DNA of 64,000 nt from assembly GCA_964437795.1 (NCBI GenBank), contig CAYTIC010000001.1, positions 86,864-150,863 of the forward strand, given 5' to 3'. Under the pieces are notes generated by a model. The model did no database searches. It was not told where the DNA came from and saw nothing but the letters and a program-made list of their open reading frames with translations. This DNA is from an uncultured Dehalococcoidales bacterium. Its GTDB lineage: Bacteria; Chloroflexota; Dehalococcoidia; GIF9; UBA5629. Of this stretch, positions 37,054 through 45,138 are shown piece after piece (position 1 is the first letter of the stretch; the number at the start of each line of letters is the position of its first letter). A program made the position numbers and the translations under genes.

Positions 37054-37327
37054 GTCCATTCATTATGTTTATTAGGCGGGTACGGGGGTACTTCTTGACG
37101 CTGTTTTTCAGCTTTGATATATTGGCGAGTTTTACGGTTGTTCCACTTCTGGGGGATGCTTCATTTCCATGCAAAATAAAGCCAAATACTTGCCCCACAG
37201 GCAAGTGTGCTAAAATTAGGCAAGTAAAGTGATGGGAGGGCTGAAAACAGCGACAACCTGCCTGCTTGAATTTTCAGGCGTTTTTTTCGGATTATTACGA
37301 TCAAAATCGGTTTAAAATCGGGTTATT

Positions 37328-37373
37328 CCTTCCAAGCAGTGTGTCGCGGGTTCGAATCCCGTCTCCCGCTCCA
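37328..37373 (+). repeat. displaced 3' fragment of tRNA-Gly(TCC); distal att-type repeat of island 2
   Basis: 45/46 nt identical to 27189-27234 (G27201 versus T37340). Confidence 0.85.
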
Positions 37374-37457
37374 ACAGTTTCTAAATCTGCCCTGTGCGAC
37401 AGATAATTTATGTCTGAACACCCTGACCGAAAAGCTTCCTCCAATATTTTCAATATA

Positions 37458-38549
37458 CTAACCATAGAATCCGAAATCACTAATAGCCTTTGTCAGCATG
37501 TAGAAATTGTACGGCGGCGTTGACGGCGGCGTCTCACAGGCCGTCATGAGGATATACCCATTGGGAGCATCTTTGCCGGCCTGGATACATCCTTTAGCGG
37601 CCTGATAGACCTCATCGGCAGTCCCGCCGGCAACAAGTGACGTGCTGAGATTGCCGGCAATAATATGGTTTGAACCGAAGTATTTTATTCCATCCTCAAG
37701 GCTGACCTGCTGCCCCAGGCTGACGATACCGGGATCGCCCATAGGCACCTGGCTCCATAACGGCAGGTTCTTGTTCTGCTCTCCACATATATGGCATAAA
37801 ATATACTTAACGCCCAATCCCAGTATCTCCTTGTGCAGTTTATGCTGGTCGGGCAACACGAATTCTTCGAAATGTCGTGGCGATATAATGGAGTTGGCGG
37901 CAAGGGGTTCCCATATTTGCACCAGCAGTCGCTTTGTGCCGAAAACCTTGACCCATAGCCTGGCCGCGCTCAAGATATGATCGGCCGCCAGTTGCACAAC
38001 CCTGTGAACCGCTTCCGGCTCCTTGATGATCCACTTGCACAGATTTGTTACACCACAGATGTTGCCTGCCGTGGTAAATGCGCCGCCCACTACCAGGCTG
38101 ATAAGACAGCCCTGGCTTTCCTGTATTCTGGAAAACTCCAGCGCCTTTGGAAGACAGCCTGCTGTCTGCGGATCCGGAAGCCTGAGCTTATCTATGTCAT
38201 CAAGCGACTGTACAGGGTAGCGTTTACTTCGGGGCGATTGGACCGAATCGCTGTTCGGGAACTCAACTTCCCCGCCGAACTCGCTCGTCCCATAGACAGC
38301 ACTGCCGAAAAATGGATCCTGGTCGTATCCGTACATTTGCTGCGTCCAAAGCTGGGCATCGAAACTCCGCACAGGTTCGCTGTACACCGTACCTATAGGA
38401 TACCCGACGTTTTTAGCGCTGAAACCCAGTGAAAAGGGGAAAAAAGGCACACGGTCGATTTGTTTCCCGTTCAAAAGAGAGTTTACCCGTTCGATGGATG
38501 TCATTTTATCCCTGTTATTCATTAAATTCAGGCTAGTATCCATCAACAC
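37458..38549 (-). CDS. uroporphyrinogen-decarboxylase-family protein (MtaA/CmuA-like methyltransferase type)
   Basis: 363 aa. IDRVPFFPF... N-terminus and overall URO-D-like pattern. No corrinoid protein is adjacent. Confidence 0.55.
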   Translation of the reverse strand: MLMDTSLNLMNNRDKMTSIERVNSLLNGKQIDRVPFFPFSLGFSAKNVGYPIGTVYSEPVRSFDAQLWTQQMYGYDQDPFFGSAVYGTSEFGGEVEFPNSDSVQSPRSKRYPVQSLDDIDKLRLPDPQTAGCLPKALEFSRIQESQGCLISLVVGGAFTTAGNICGVTNLCKWIIKEPEAVHRVVQLAADHILSAARLWVKVFGTKRLLVQIWEPLAANSIISPRHFEEFVLPDQHKLHKEILGLGVKYILCHICGEQNKNLPLWSQVPMGDPGIVSLGQQVSLEDGIKYFGSNHIIAGNLSTSLVAGGTADEVYQAAKGCIQAGKDAPNGYILMTACETPPSTPPYNFYMLTKAISDFGFYG

Positions 38550-38923
38550 CTCGCACTTGCTAATCTTATCTCAGCTTTATCCAATACATATTCTCTCAAA
38601 TGGGGCATTTTCTATCAATACTTAGGCCTATAAACTGCAGGAATAAACACTCTGCCCAACCAGCGATCAACCTTAATTTTATAGCTAACAAACCCGAGAC
38701 TATAACAGCTTTAAATGAATCCCGCATAAAACCCGGTAATCCTTGCTGCGCAAGGACTCTAATATTAGATACTGTCGGGTACACTGACTCTTTTGTGATT
38801 GCTGTATTCCAAGCGTATAATTCTAAATATCCGTTGATGACCCTGATTGATGCGGTTGGCGAAGTGCAAAACGAAGACAAAATATTCCCCTGAAATACAG
38901 TCTATATAGGAGGTTCAAAAACT

Positions 38924-39424
38924 ATGAACACCCCTGAAGAAAAACAGAAACGCGAAAAGCCAGTACTTGACTTGCCGGACATAAACGAAGTGGCGGACAA
39001 GTTATTAGAACAGGGTAAAATATCGAATATGCAGGCTGCCCAGCTTAAAATGTGGTATTCAGCCATGCCTGATATAAATTCCGGCAGCGCAAAATTTGAA
39101 GCCTGGAAGAAAGCGCGGCCCGATATAGATGTACCGGGACTATTCACCCCCGGAGAAGGATCAAAGCCAATACTTGATTTGCCGAGCTTGAGTGAAATGG
39201 CGGAAAAGATGGCCAAAGATGGTGTAAAGCCTATCCTTGATATGCCGGACATGAACGAAGTGGCGGATAAGCTGTTTGAACAGGGCAAAATATCCAATAT
39301 GCAGGCTGCCCAGATCAAAATGTGGTATTCAGTCAAGCCGGATAAGAATGCGGGCCTGGCGAAATTTGAAGCCTGGAAGAAAGCGCATCCTGCTATAGAT
39401 ATTCCCGGCCTGTTCCCGGAGTAG
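38924..39424 (+). CDS. hypothetical protein built from an internally duplicated 63-aa unit
   Basis: Strong RBS TAGGAGGT. Residues 12-74 and 102-164 are near-identical (KP[VI]LD[LM]PD[IM]NEVADKL.EQGKISNMQAAQ.KMWYS...AKFEAWKKA.P.ID.PGLF), with a partial third copy at residues 81-101. Confidence 0.6.
   Translation: MNTPEEKQKREKPVLDLPDINEVADKLLEQGKISNMQAAQLKMWYSAMPDINSGSAKFEAWKKARPDIDVPGLFTPGEGSKPILDLPSLSEMAEKMAKDGVKPILDMPDMNEVADKLFEQGKISNMQAAQIKMWYSVKPDKNAGLAKFEAWKKAHPAIDIPGLFPE
38957..39415 (+). repeat. tandem intragenic duplication (two 189-nt units 270 nt apart plus a partial unit)
   Basis: The DNA of 38957-39145 and 39227-39415 aligns with high identity by eye (for example gaagtggcgga.aag, atatgcaggctgcccag, aaatttgaagcctggaagaaagcgc). 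Confidence 0.7.
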
Positions 39425-39504
39425 GCAAACTGACCCGGCAACTGTAGCGAAAATTAAGTCCACTGGATAGCCCAGCCATGGTTAATAATGGCCGGTTGCG
39501 AAAT

Positions 39505-39807
39505 TCATTCTCCCAGTGGTTTGCCGCTGATAAGGTAGAAAATCAGCGACGCAATCGTAAATAATACCGGTACACTCAGGACCGCAGCAATCACTATTAA
39601 AGCCACCAACCAAAAGCCCTTCGGTTTAAATCTCAGTATTACCCCTATTATGCCGAGGACGAGGCCTGCGATAAAGATAAGCAGGCCTATGATGTCCGTA
39701 TCTATACCAAAGTAATGATAGAGCGGAATGACCAGCAGGAATGTGACTATCCCTGCCGCCATTATTATCAGGGCCGCGGTTATCAGCTTTCCAAATCGCT
39801 TCACCAT
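39505..39807 (-). CDS. small integral membrane protein (3 TM)
   Basis: 100 aa, almost entirely hydrophobic helices. Confidence 0.5.
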   Translation of the reverse strand: MVKRFGKLITAALIIMAAGIVTFLLVIPLYHYFGIDTDIIGLLIFIAGLVLGIIGVILRFKPKGFWLVALIVIAAVLSVPVLFTIASLIFYLISGKPLGE

Positions 39808-39868
39808 ATCATCCTTCCTGTTATCTTTCTAATTACCTTCTTCCGCCTGTAACACGAAAACGGTATAT

Positions 39869-40489
39869 CTAATCAGGACGCAGCCCTTTCATGATAACGA
39901 TAAAGGCTTTTTCAGTTTCTTTGATCAGATCAAACCGGCCTTTGACCAGGCACCAATCGTAGATCACGCCACGAACACAACGGAGCATAATGCGCGTGAT
40001 ATCGTCCCTGCTCAAATCCGTACGCAGTTCTCCCCTGTCCTGCCCTTCCTCAACCAGCTTCTGAAGTATCTTGAATAAGGCCCTTTTTTCTGAGGCGATG
40101 GAGGCGGTTTTTTTATTCAGGTTTATCTGAGCACGATAGCTCACCTGGATAATGTCGATTCCCATGCCGTTGCTGTAATCGACGGCCTTCCTTCCCAACA
40201 GAAACAGCTTCTCCACTACGCTTTTGTGCGGGCCCAACTCAGCCGTCGCGTATTTGTCATATATTTGGTCAGCGACCAAAAAGAGATCTATTATGACCTG
40301 GTCTTTGGACTTGAAATGATCGTAGAAAGCGCCTTTGGAGACACCGGCCTTCTCGCAGATGTCATCCACGGTAACTTTATCGTATCCCTTCGAATAGAAA
40401 AGCTTCAACGCCGTGTTGTAGATCTTCTGGTGAGTGGCAATTGCCTGCTTCTTGCGGCTGTTTATCTCATTTCTAGTCATTACAAGCAA
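39869..40489 (-). CDS. TetR/AcrR-family transcriptional regulator
   Basis: IYNTALKLFYSKGYDKVTVDDICEKAGVSKGAFYDHFKSKDQV, the canonical TetR HTH. Confidence 0.85.
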   Translation of the reverse strand: MLVMTRNEINSRKKQAIATHQKIYNTALKLFYSKGYDKVTVDDICEKAGVSKGAFYDHFKSKDQVIIDLFLVADQIYDKYATAELGPHKSVVEKLFLLGRKAVDYSNGMGIDIIQVSYRAQINLNKKTASIASEKRALFKILQKLVEEGQDRGELRTDLSRDDITRIMLRCVRGVIYDWCLVKGRFDLIKETEKAFIVIMKGLRPD

Positions 40490-40519
40490 TTCCCCGATAA
40501 CGTGTGTTTCAACGTGATT

Positions 40520-40548
40520 ATTCTATCTATATACCTGCTATAGTTCAA
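40520..40548 (-). promoter_or_regulatory. candidate sigma70-like promoter of tetR
   Basis: On the minus strand: TTGAAC (40548-43), 17 nt, TAGAAT (40525-20), about 30 nt upstream of the tetR ATG. It is followed by CACGTTgaaacaCACGTT repeats that could be the operator. Confidence 0.45.
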
Positions 40549-40589
40549 CTCCTTAAATGAGCCCTTCTATCGATTAAACACGTCAACCG

Positions 40590-41351
40590 TTAATATACGA
40601 ATAAGCTGAAACCTCCGTCTGCGATAATGTTAGCCCCGGTAATGAACCTGGCCCTTTCGGACGCGAGGAAAGCCACGATATCCGCTACATCCTGCGGCTC
40701 ACCGAATCTGCGCTGAGGAGTCCTTTTGATCAAGCGTTCCCTCATATCGGTGCGTATCAGGTCGCTCATATCTGTGTCAATCACGCCCAGAGTCAACGCA
40801 TTTGCGGTTATATTGAAGCGCGCCCCTTCCAATGCCGCGGTTTTGGCCAGCGATACAAGCGCACCCTTGCTGCAGGAATAACTGCACTGGCCGAAGCCGC
40901 CTAACTCACCCGTGAGCGATGAGATATTTATGATCCTGCCCCAATTACGCTCGATCATTGATCCCATGCACTCCCTGATCCAGTAATATGGTCCCGACAG
41001 GTCGACACTGATCACGTTCTCCCAGGGGGTGAACTGCTCCTGGTGCAACAACCCCAGAGTGACGATGGCCGCGTTGTTGACCAGGATGTCCACCGGGCCG
41101 AGCTCTTTGCGTATTCTTGAAGCGGCGGACCTGACCGCTTCAGAATTGCCCTGGTCAACACCCACAGCGATGGCCCTTCTGCCCAGGTCCTTTAACTCCT
41201 TTGCAACCGATTCCGCCAGCGCCAGGTCGATATCGACACAGGCTACATCGGCGCCTTCCTGCGCCAGGGCAAGCGCGATCGCCCTTCCGTTACCGCGTTT
41301 CCTGGCGGTACCCGTCACCAGCGCTATTTTGCCTTTCAACTCAAGGTCCAT
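40590..41351 (-). CDS. short-chain dehydrogenase/reductase (SDR)
   Basis: ALVTGTARKRGNGRAIA and YSCSK. Confidence 0.8.
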   Translation of the reverse strand: MDLELKGKIALVTGTARKRGNGRAIALALAQEGADVACVDIDLALAESVAKELKDLGRRAIAVGVDQGNSEAVRSAASRIRKELGPVDILVNNAAIVTLGLLHQEQFTPWENVISVDLSGPYYWIRECMGSMIERNWGRIINISSLTGELGGFGQCSYSCSKGALVSLAKTAALEGARFNITANALTLGVIDTDMSDLIRTDMRERLIKRTPQRRFGEPQDVADIVAFLASERARFITGANIIADGGFSLFVY

Positions 41352-41385
41352 GTTGTTAACTCCGATAATTTAGACTGAACGACGG

Positions 41386-42633
41386 CTATTTTTTTAGTCT
41401 CTCGAGAATATGGACGCACATGGCGGCCTCCTCGATACCGATATTGCCGCCGCCGTTCTCCGCCAGCCCGATGCGCGCACCCTCTACCTGTCTCTTTCCC
41501 GCATCACCCCGAAGCTGGGTGACCAGTTCGTAGATCTGCGCCAGGCCCGATGCACCGATCGGATGTCCGCGGCATTCGAGTCCTCCGCTGGTATTGATGG
41601 GCTTACCTCCCCCGATCATGGTAGCGCCCGATTCCGCAAACGGCCCGCCTTCTCCCTCAGGACAAAAGCCCATTACCTCGGTCTGATGCAATTCGGCCCA
41701 GGCCGTAGCGTCGTGCAGTTCGGCCAGGTCGATATCTTTTGGCCCTAAACCTGCCGCCTTGTACGCCTGTTTGGACAGCCGCTCGCCGATGTCTTCACCG
41801 TTCAAATCCCGGTCGCTGCCCTGCCCGAGCACCGAAGCGCGGATTTTGACCGGACGCGCATCTTTCAATTTCTTCAGGAATTTCTCCGAACAAACGATGG
41901 CGGCGGCCGCTCCGTCACCGACAGGCGCGCACATGGCACGTGTCAAAGGATAGGTAACCGGCTTATCCGCCAGCACCTCTTCCACAGTCATCTCGCTCTG
42001 ATACTGCGCCAGCGGGTTGAGCGACCCGTGGCGGTGGTTTTTCGAACAGACCACGGCAAGCTGTCGCTGGGTGGAATGGTATTTATCCATATGCCACCTG
42101 GCGCCCATGGCGTAGGCGTCCATAAAAACGCTTCTGCCCTCACCGGGTTTACTGCCGTCCTCGGGGATGGTGATTTTAAAGGTCTTGCCGATCTGCTGGA
42201 GCTCGTCCATGTGCTTCTGGAAGTTCTCTACGTCCATGGCGGCGGCGTACGCGCTCAACGACAGCAACTTATCCGGGCTGGTGATCTTCTCCGATCCGAC
42301 GACCAGGATAAGGTCATGTGCACCCGCCTGGATATCCATATGCGCGAGATAAAGCGCCGTGGATGCTCCGGCACAGGCATTTTCGACGTTTACCACAGGT
42401 ATCTTATCCATGCCGATCCCGCGTACGATTACCTGTCCGCGTATCGAATGCTGGTTGGCGAACATGCCCCAGAAGGAATTTGAGAAGTATACGGCCTCCA
42501 CGTCTCTGGCAGCCAGGTTCGCGTCTTCAAGTACAAGCTTAATAGTCTCTTCCGCCATGTCCCTGACCGTCCTGTCAGGGTACTTGGCAAAACGGATCAT
42601 CCCGACGCCGGCGATATACACGTTTGGCATCAA
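41386..42633 (-). CDS. SCP-x-type thiolase (catalytic Cys present)
   Basis: 415 aa. NVENACAGASTAL, GHPIGASG, ENGGG. Confidence 0.8.
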   Translation of the reverse strand: MMPNVYIAGVGMIRFAKYPDRTVRDMAEETIKLVLEDANLAARDVEAVYFSNSFWGMFANQHSIRGQVIVRGIGMDKIPVVNVENACAGASTALYLAHMDIQAGAHDLILVVGSEKITSPDKLLSLSAYAAAMDVENFQKHMDELQQIGKTFKITIPEDGSKPGEGRSVFMDAYAMGARWHMDKYHSTQRQLAVVCSKNHRHGSLNPLAQYQSEMTVEEVLADKPVTYPLTRAMCAPVGDGAAAAIVCSEKFLKKLKDARPVKIRASVLGQGSDRDLNGEDIGERLSKQAYKAAGLGPKDIDLAELHDATAWAELHQTEVMGFCPEGEGGPFAESGATMIGGGKPINTSGGLECRGHPIGASGLAQIYELVTQLRGDAGKRQVEGARIGLAENGGGNIGIEEAAMCVHILERLKK

Positions 42634-42654
42634 TTCAGCCCCCCCGATATGAAA

Positions 42655-44211
42655 TTAATTAACCCCTCTGTCCGAACCCTTCCAGTATGGCGCTCTCAAG
42701 GTCTTTTTATCAACCTTTCCAATAATTGTCAAAGGCAGGCTGTCTTGAATGACGACCTTTTTAGGCTGCGCGAATTTGGCCAGCTTGCCCCGGCAGTACT
42801 CTTTGATTTCCGCCTCGTCCAACGTCCCGTTTGGCACGACGACGGCGGTGACGGTCTCACCCCACTTGTCGTCAGGTACACCGATAACCGAGACCTGTTT
42901 CACCCCGGGATGCTGGCTGATTACAGCCTCCACCTCGGCGGGATACACATTCATGCCGCCACTGATGATCATGTCCTTTTTTCTGTCCATTATGTAAACA
43001 TAACCATCTTCATCCATGCGGCCCATATCCCCCGTATGCAGCCAGCCGCCTCTCAGGGTCTCGGCTGTCACATCCGGCTGATTGAGATACTCCTTCATCA
43101 AATAGGGGGAACTGACCAGTATCTCTCCCAGTTCACCCCTGGGCAATTCCCGGTCCTTGTCGTCGGCAATTTTTACCGTCACCATGATGTCGGCCTTGCC
43201 GCAACTCTTAAGCAGCTCGGGATTCTTTTTCGCCTCCAGATGATCCGCTACTGAAAGGGCGGTGATCATGTTGGGACATTCGACCAGCCCGTATTTCTGG
43301 ATGAGTATCGGGCCGAATGCCTGCAGAGCCTCTTCCAGCCGGTTGGCCTGTATCGGAGAGGCGCCGTAAAAGAGCGATTTAAGCGAGCTCATATCATATT
43401 TTTGCTGTTTCAGGATGTCCAGCATGACATAGATAATGGTAGGTACCAGGAACAGTTTGGTGACTTTCTCTTTTCCCACCAGCTCCATCAGCTTGAAAGG
43501 ATCGAACTGGCTCTCGATGATGAATTTAGCCCCCATACAGGCGCCGCTGTATAGTTGCCATCCTGCAGAATGCGACAAGGGGGTCATCAACAGGAAAACG
43601 TCATCCGATTCCATGAAACCCAGCGCGCAATGCGCCAGTATATTGAGCGCCAGCGTAAATTGAGTGTGGACAACTCCCTTCGACCTGCCCGTCGTCCCAC
43701 CGGTATATACGATCAGACATTCGCTGTCGGCGACCACATTCTTTTCAGGATCCTTGTCGGATTTTCCCTTGATGAACTCCTCGAATGTAACATTCTCTTT
43801 TTCCCCGGGTGAATTGATGACAACTATCTTTTTAACGCCGGTCATGCTGCTCTTGAGCTTCATAATCCTCTCTTTCAAGGACGCGTCCACAAATATCACT
43901 TTTATGCTGGCATCGCTGATGATATAAGCGATATCCGTATCACCCACCATCATATTAAGCGGGCTGTAGGTAGCCCCCGACTTATAGATACCGAAGGCCA
44001 GGATCAGCAGCTCGAAAGAATTGGGCAGCATGGTGGCCATCCTGTCGCCCGGTCCGAAACCGGCCTCATTAATAGCGTTGGCGACACGGTTGGATGCCAG
44101 ATCGATCTCCTTGTAGGTATACTGCTTGTCTCCGAACTTAGCCAGAACCCGCTTGCTGTGCTTTTTTAATGCTGTTTTCAACAGTGCCTGGAACGTCAGG
44201 TCTTCCCTCAT
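42655..44211 (-). CDS. AMP-dependent acyl-CoA synthetase/ligase
   Basis: LIVYTGGTTGRSKG, KYGLVE, WLHTGD, GKVDKKTLR. Confidence 0.8.
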   Translation of the reverse strand: MREDLTFQALLKTALKKHSKRVLAKFGDKQYTYKEIDLASNRVANAINEAGFGPGDRMATMLPNSFELLILAFGIYKSGATYSPLNMMVGDTDIAYIISDASIKVIFVDASLKERIMKLKSSMTGVKKIVVINSPGEKENVTFEEFIKGKSDKDPEKNVVADSECLIVYTGGTTGRSKGVVHTQFTLALNILAHCALGFMESDDVFLLMTPLSHSAGWQLYSGACMGAKFIIESQFDPFKLMELVGKEKVTKLFLVPTIIYVMLDILKQQKYDMSSLKSLFYGASPIQANRLEEALQAFGPILIQKYGLVECPNMITALSVADHLEAKKNPELLKSCGKADIMVTVKIADDKDRELPRGELGEILVSSPYLMKEYLNQPDVTAETLRGGWLHTGDMGRMDEDGYVYIMDRKKDMIISGGMNVYPAEVEAVISQHPGVKQVSVIGVPDDKWGETVTAVVVPNGTLDEAEIKEYCRGKLAKFAQPKKVVIQDSLPLTIIGKVDKKTLRAPYWKGSDRGVN

Positions 44212-44459
44212 TTACATACCTCCATAAATTATTGCATACTATAGTCGCCGACTACAGTTGCTTTATTTGCGAATATAATAAATGCTTTTAACCGATTTGT
44301 CAATGGGACAATATCGAAGGGGCGCCGCAGGTTCGCATCACGTCTTTTGTTCTATTTGGGTATAATATCAGCCGGCGCCATCGGTTTAGCCTTGCTGCCG
44401 AAGATTTCGCGATATACTGCGTACTATTCAACTGTATTTAAACTGGAGGAGAATCAACT

Positions 44460-45110
44460 ATGGAATCACCTATCGTAAAGGTCAAGATCCTGGGTATCTC
44501 GGGAACGCCGATAAAAGACGGCAACTGCGATAAGCTGGTGCAGACAGCTTTAAAGGCGGCGGCGGGTATACCGGGTGTTGAAACCGAGTTCGTGACGCTG
44601 GCGGACAAGAAGATTGCGGAGTGCAAACACTGCCAGTGGTGCGTAAAAAACAAGGCCAGGTGCAATATCAAGGACGATGTCCATGCCGTGCATGACAAGA
44701 TGTTCGCCGCTGACGGTATCATCATGGGAGGCCCGACCTATTGCCAGGTCTTAAGCACCCAGCTTCAGAATGTCTTTTTCAGGGGCAGGGAGGAGATATT
44801 TTTCGGGCACCGCTGTACCGGTAAGATAGGCGGCGCATTAACGCTCGGCTGGTTCGGCGTCGGCATGGAGTTTGCCCTGAAGGTCATCGAACAGATGATG
44901 ATGAGCTGGCAGATTGTCCCGGTAGCCAGGGGAAGCGCCATAGTTAGCACGTTCTGGCAGGGGGAGAAGGTCAGATACCAGGAGGGCGGCGTGCTGGCCC
45001 ATCCGGCAGGGGTATTCAGCGCCATGGGAGTCGGCACGTCTGTAGCTAAATACGCGCAAATGATGAAGTACGCTAAAGACGCGGGCGTGGGCCTGCCGAC
45101 TAAACCGTAG
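44460..45110 (+). CDS. iron-sulfur flavoprotein (Isf-like, NADPH-dependent FMN reductase fold)
   Basis: ILGISGTPIKDGN flavodoxin-like start and a compact C-x2-C-x2-C-x6-C motif (CKHCQWCVKNKARC), as in Isf-type proteins. Confidence 0.6.
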   Translation: MESPIVKVKILGISGTPIKDGNCDKLVQTALKAAAGIPGVETEFVTLADKKIAECKHCQWCVKNKARCNIKDDVHAVHDKMFAADGIIMGGPTYCQVLSTQLQNVFFRGREEIFFGHRCTGKIGGALTLGWFGVGMEFALKVIEQMMMSWQIVPVARGSAIVSTFWQGEKVRYQEGGVLAHPAGVFSAMGVGTSVAKYAQMMKYAKDAGVGLPTKP

Positions 45111-45138
45111 CCGGCATCCGGGTCCCGCTGAATTTTTG

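Larger units (their letters stand above)
27189..37373. mobile_element. about 10.1-kb integrase-less genomic island in tRNA-Gly(TCC) carrying a catabolic operon
   Basis: 46-nt direct repeats (27189-27234 and 37328-37373, one mismatch) cover the tRNA from its anticodon loop to CCA. Nine co-directional genes lie between them. Composition is more AT-rich than the sequence to the left of the tRNA. Confidence 0.7.

Noticed and set aside
38902-39441. 179-aa minus-strand ORF opposite the repeat protein
   Set aside because: It is repetitive only because the DNA is repetitive. The plus-strand frame has a strong RBS and a balanced charged composition. The minus frame is Ser/Phe/Gly/Cys-rich with no RBS.
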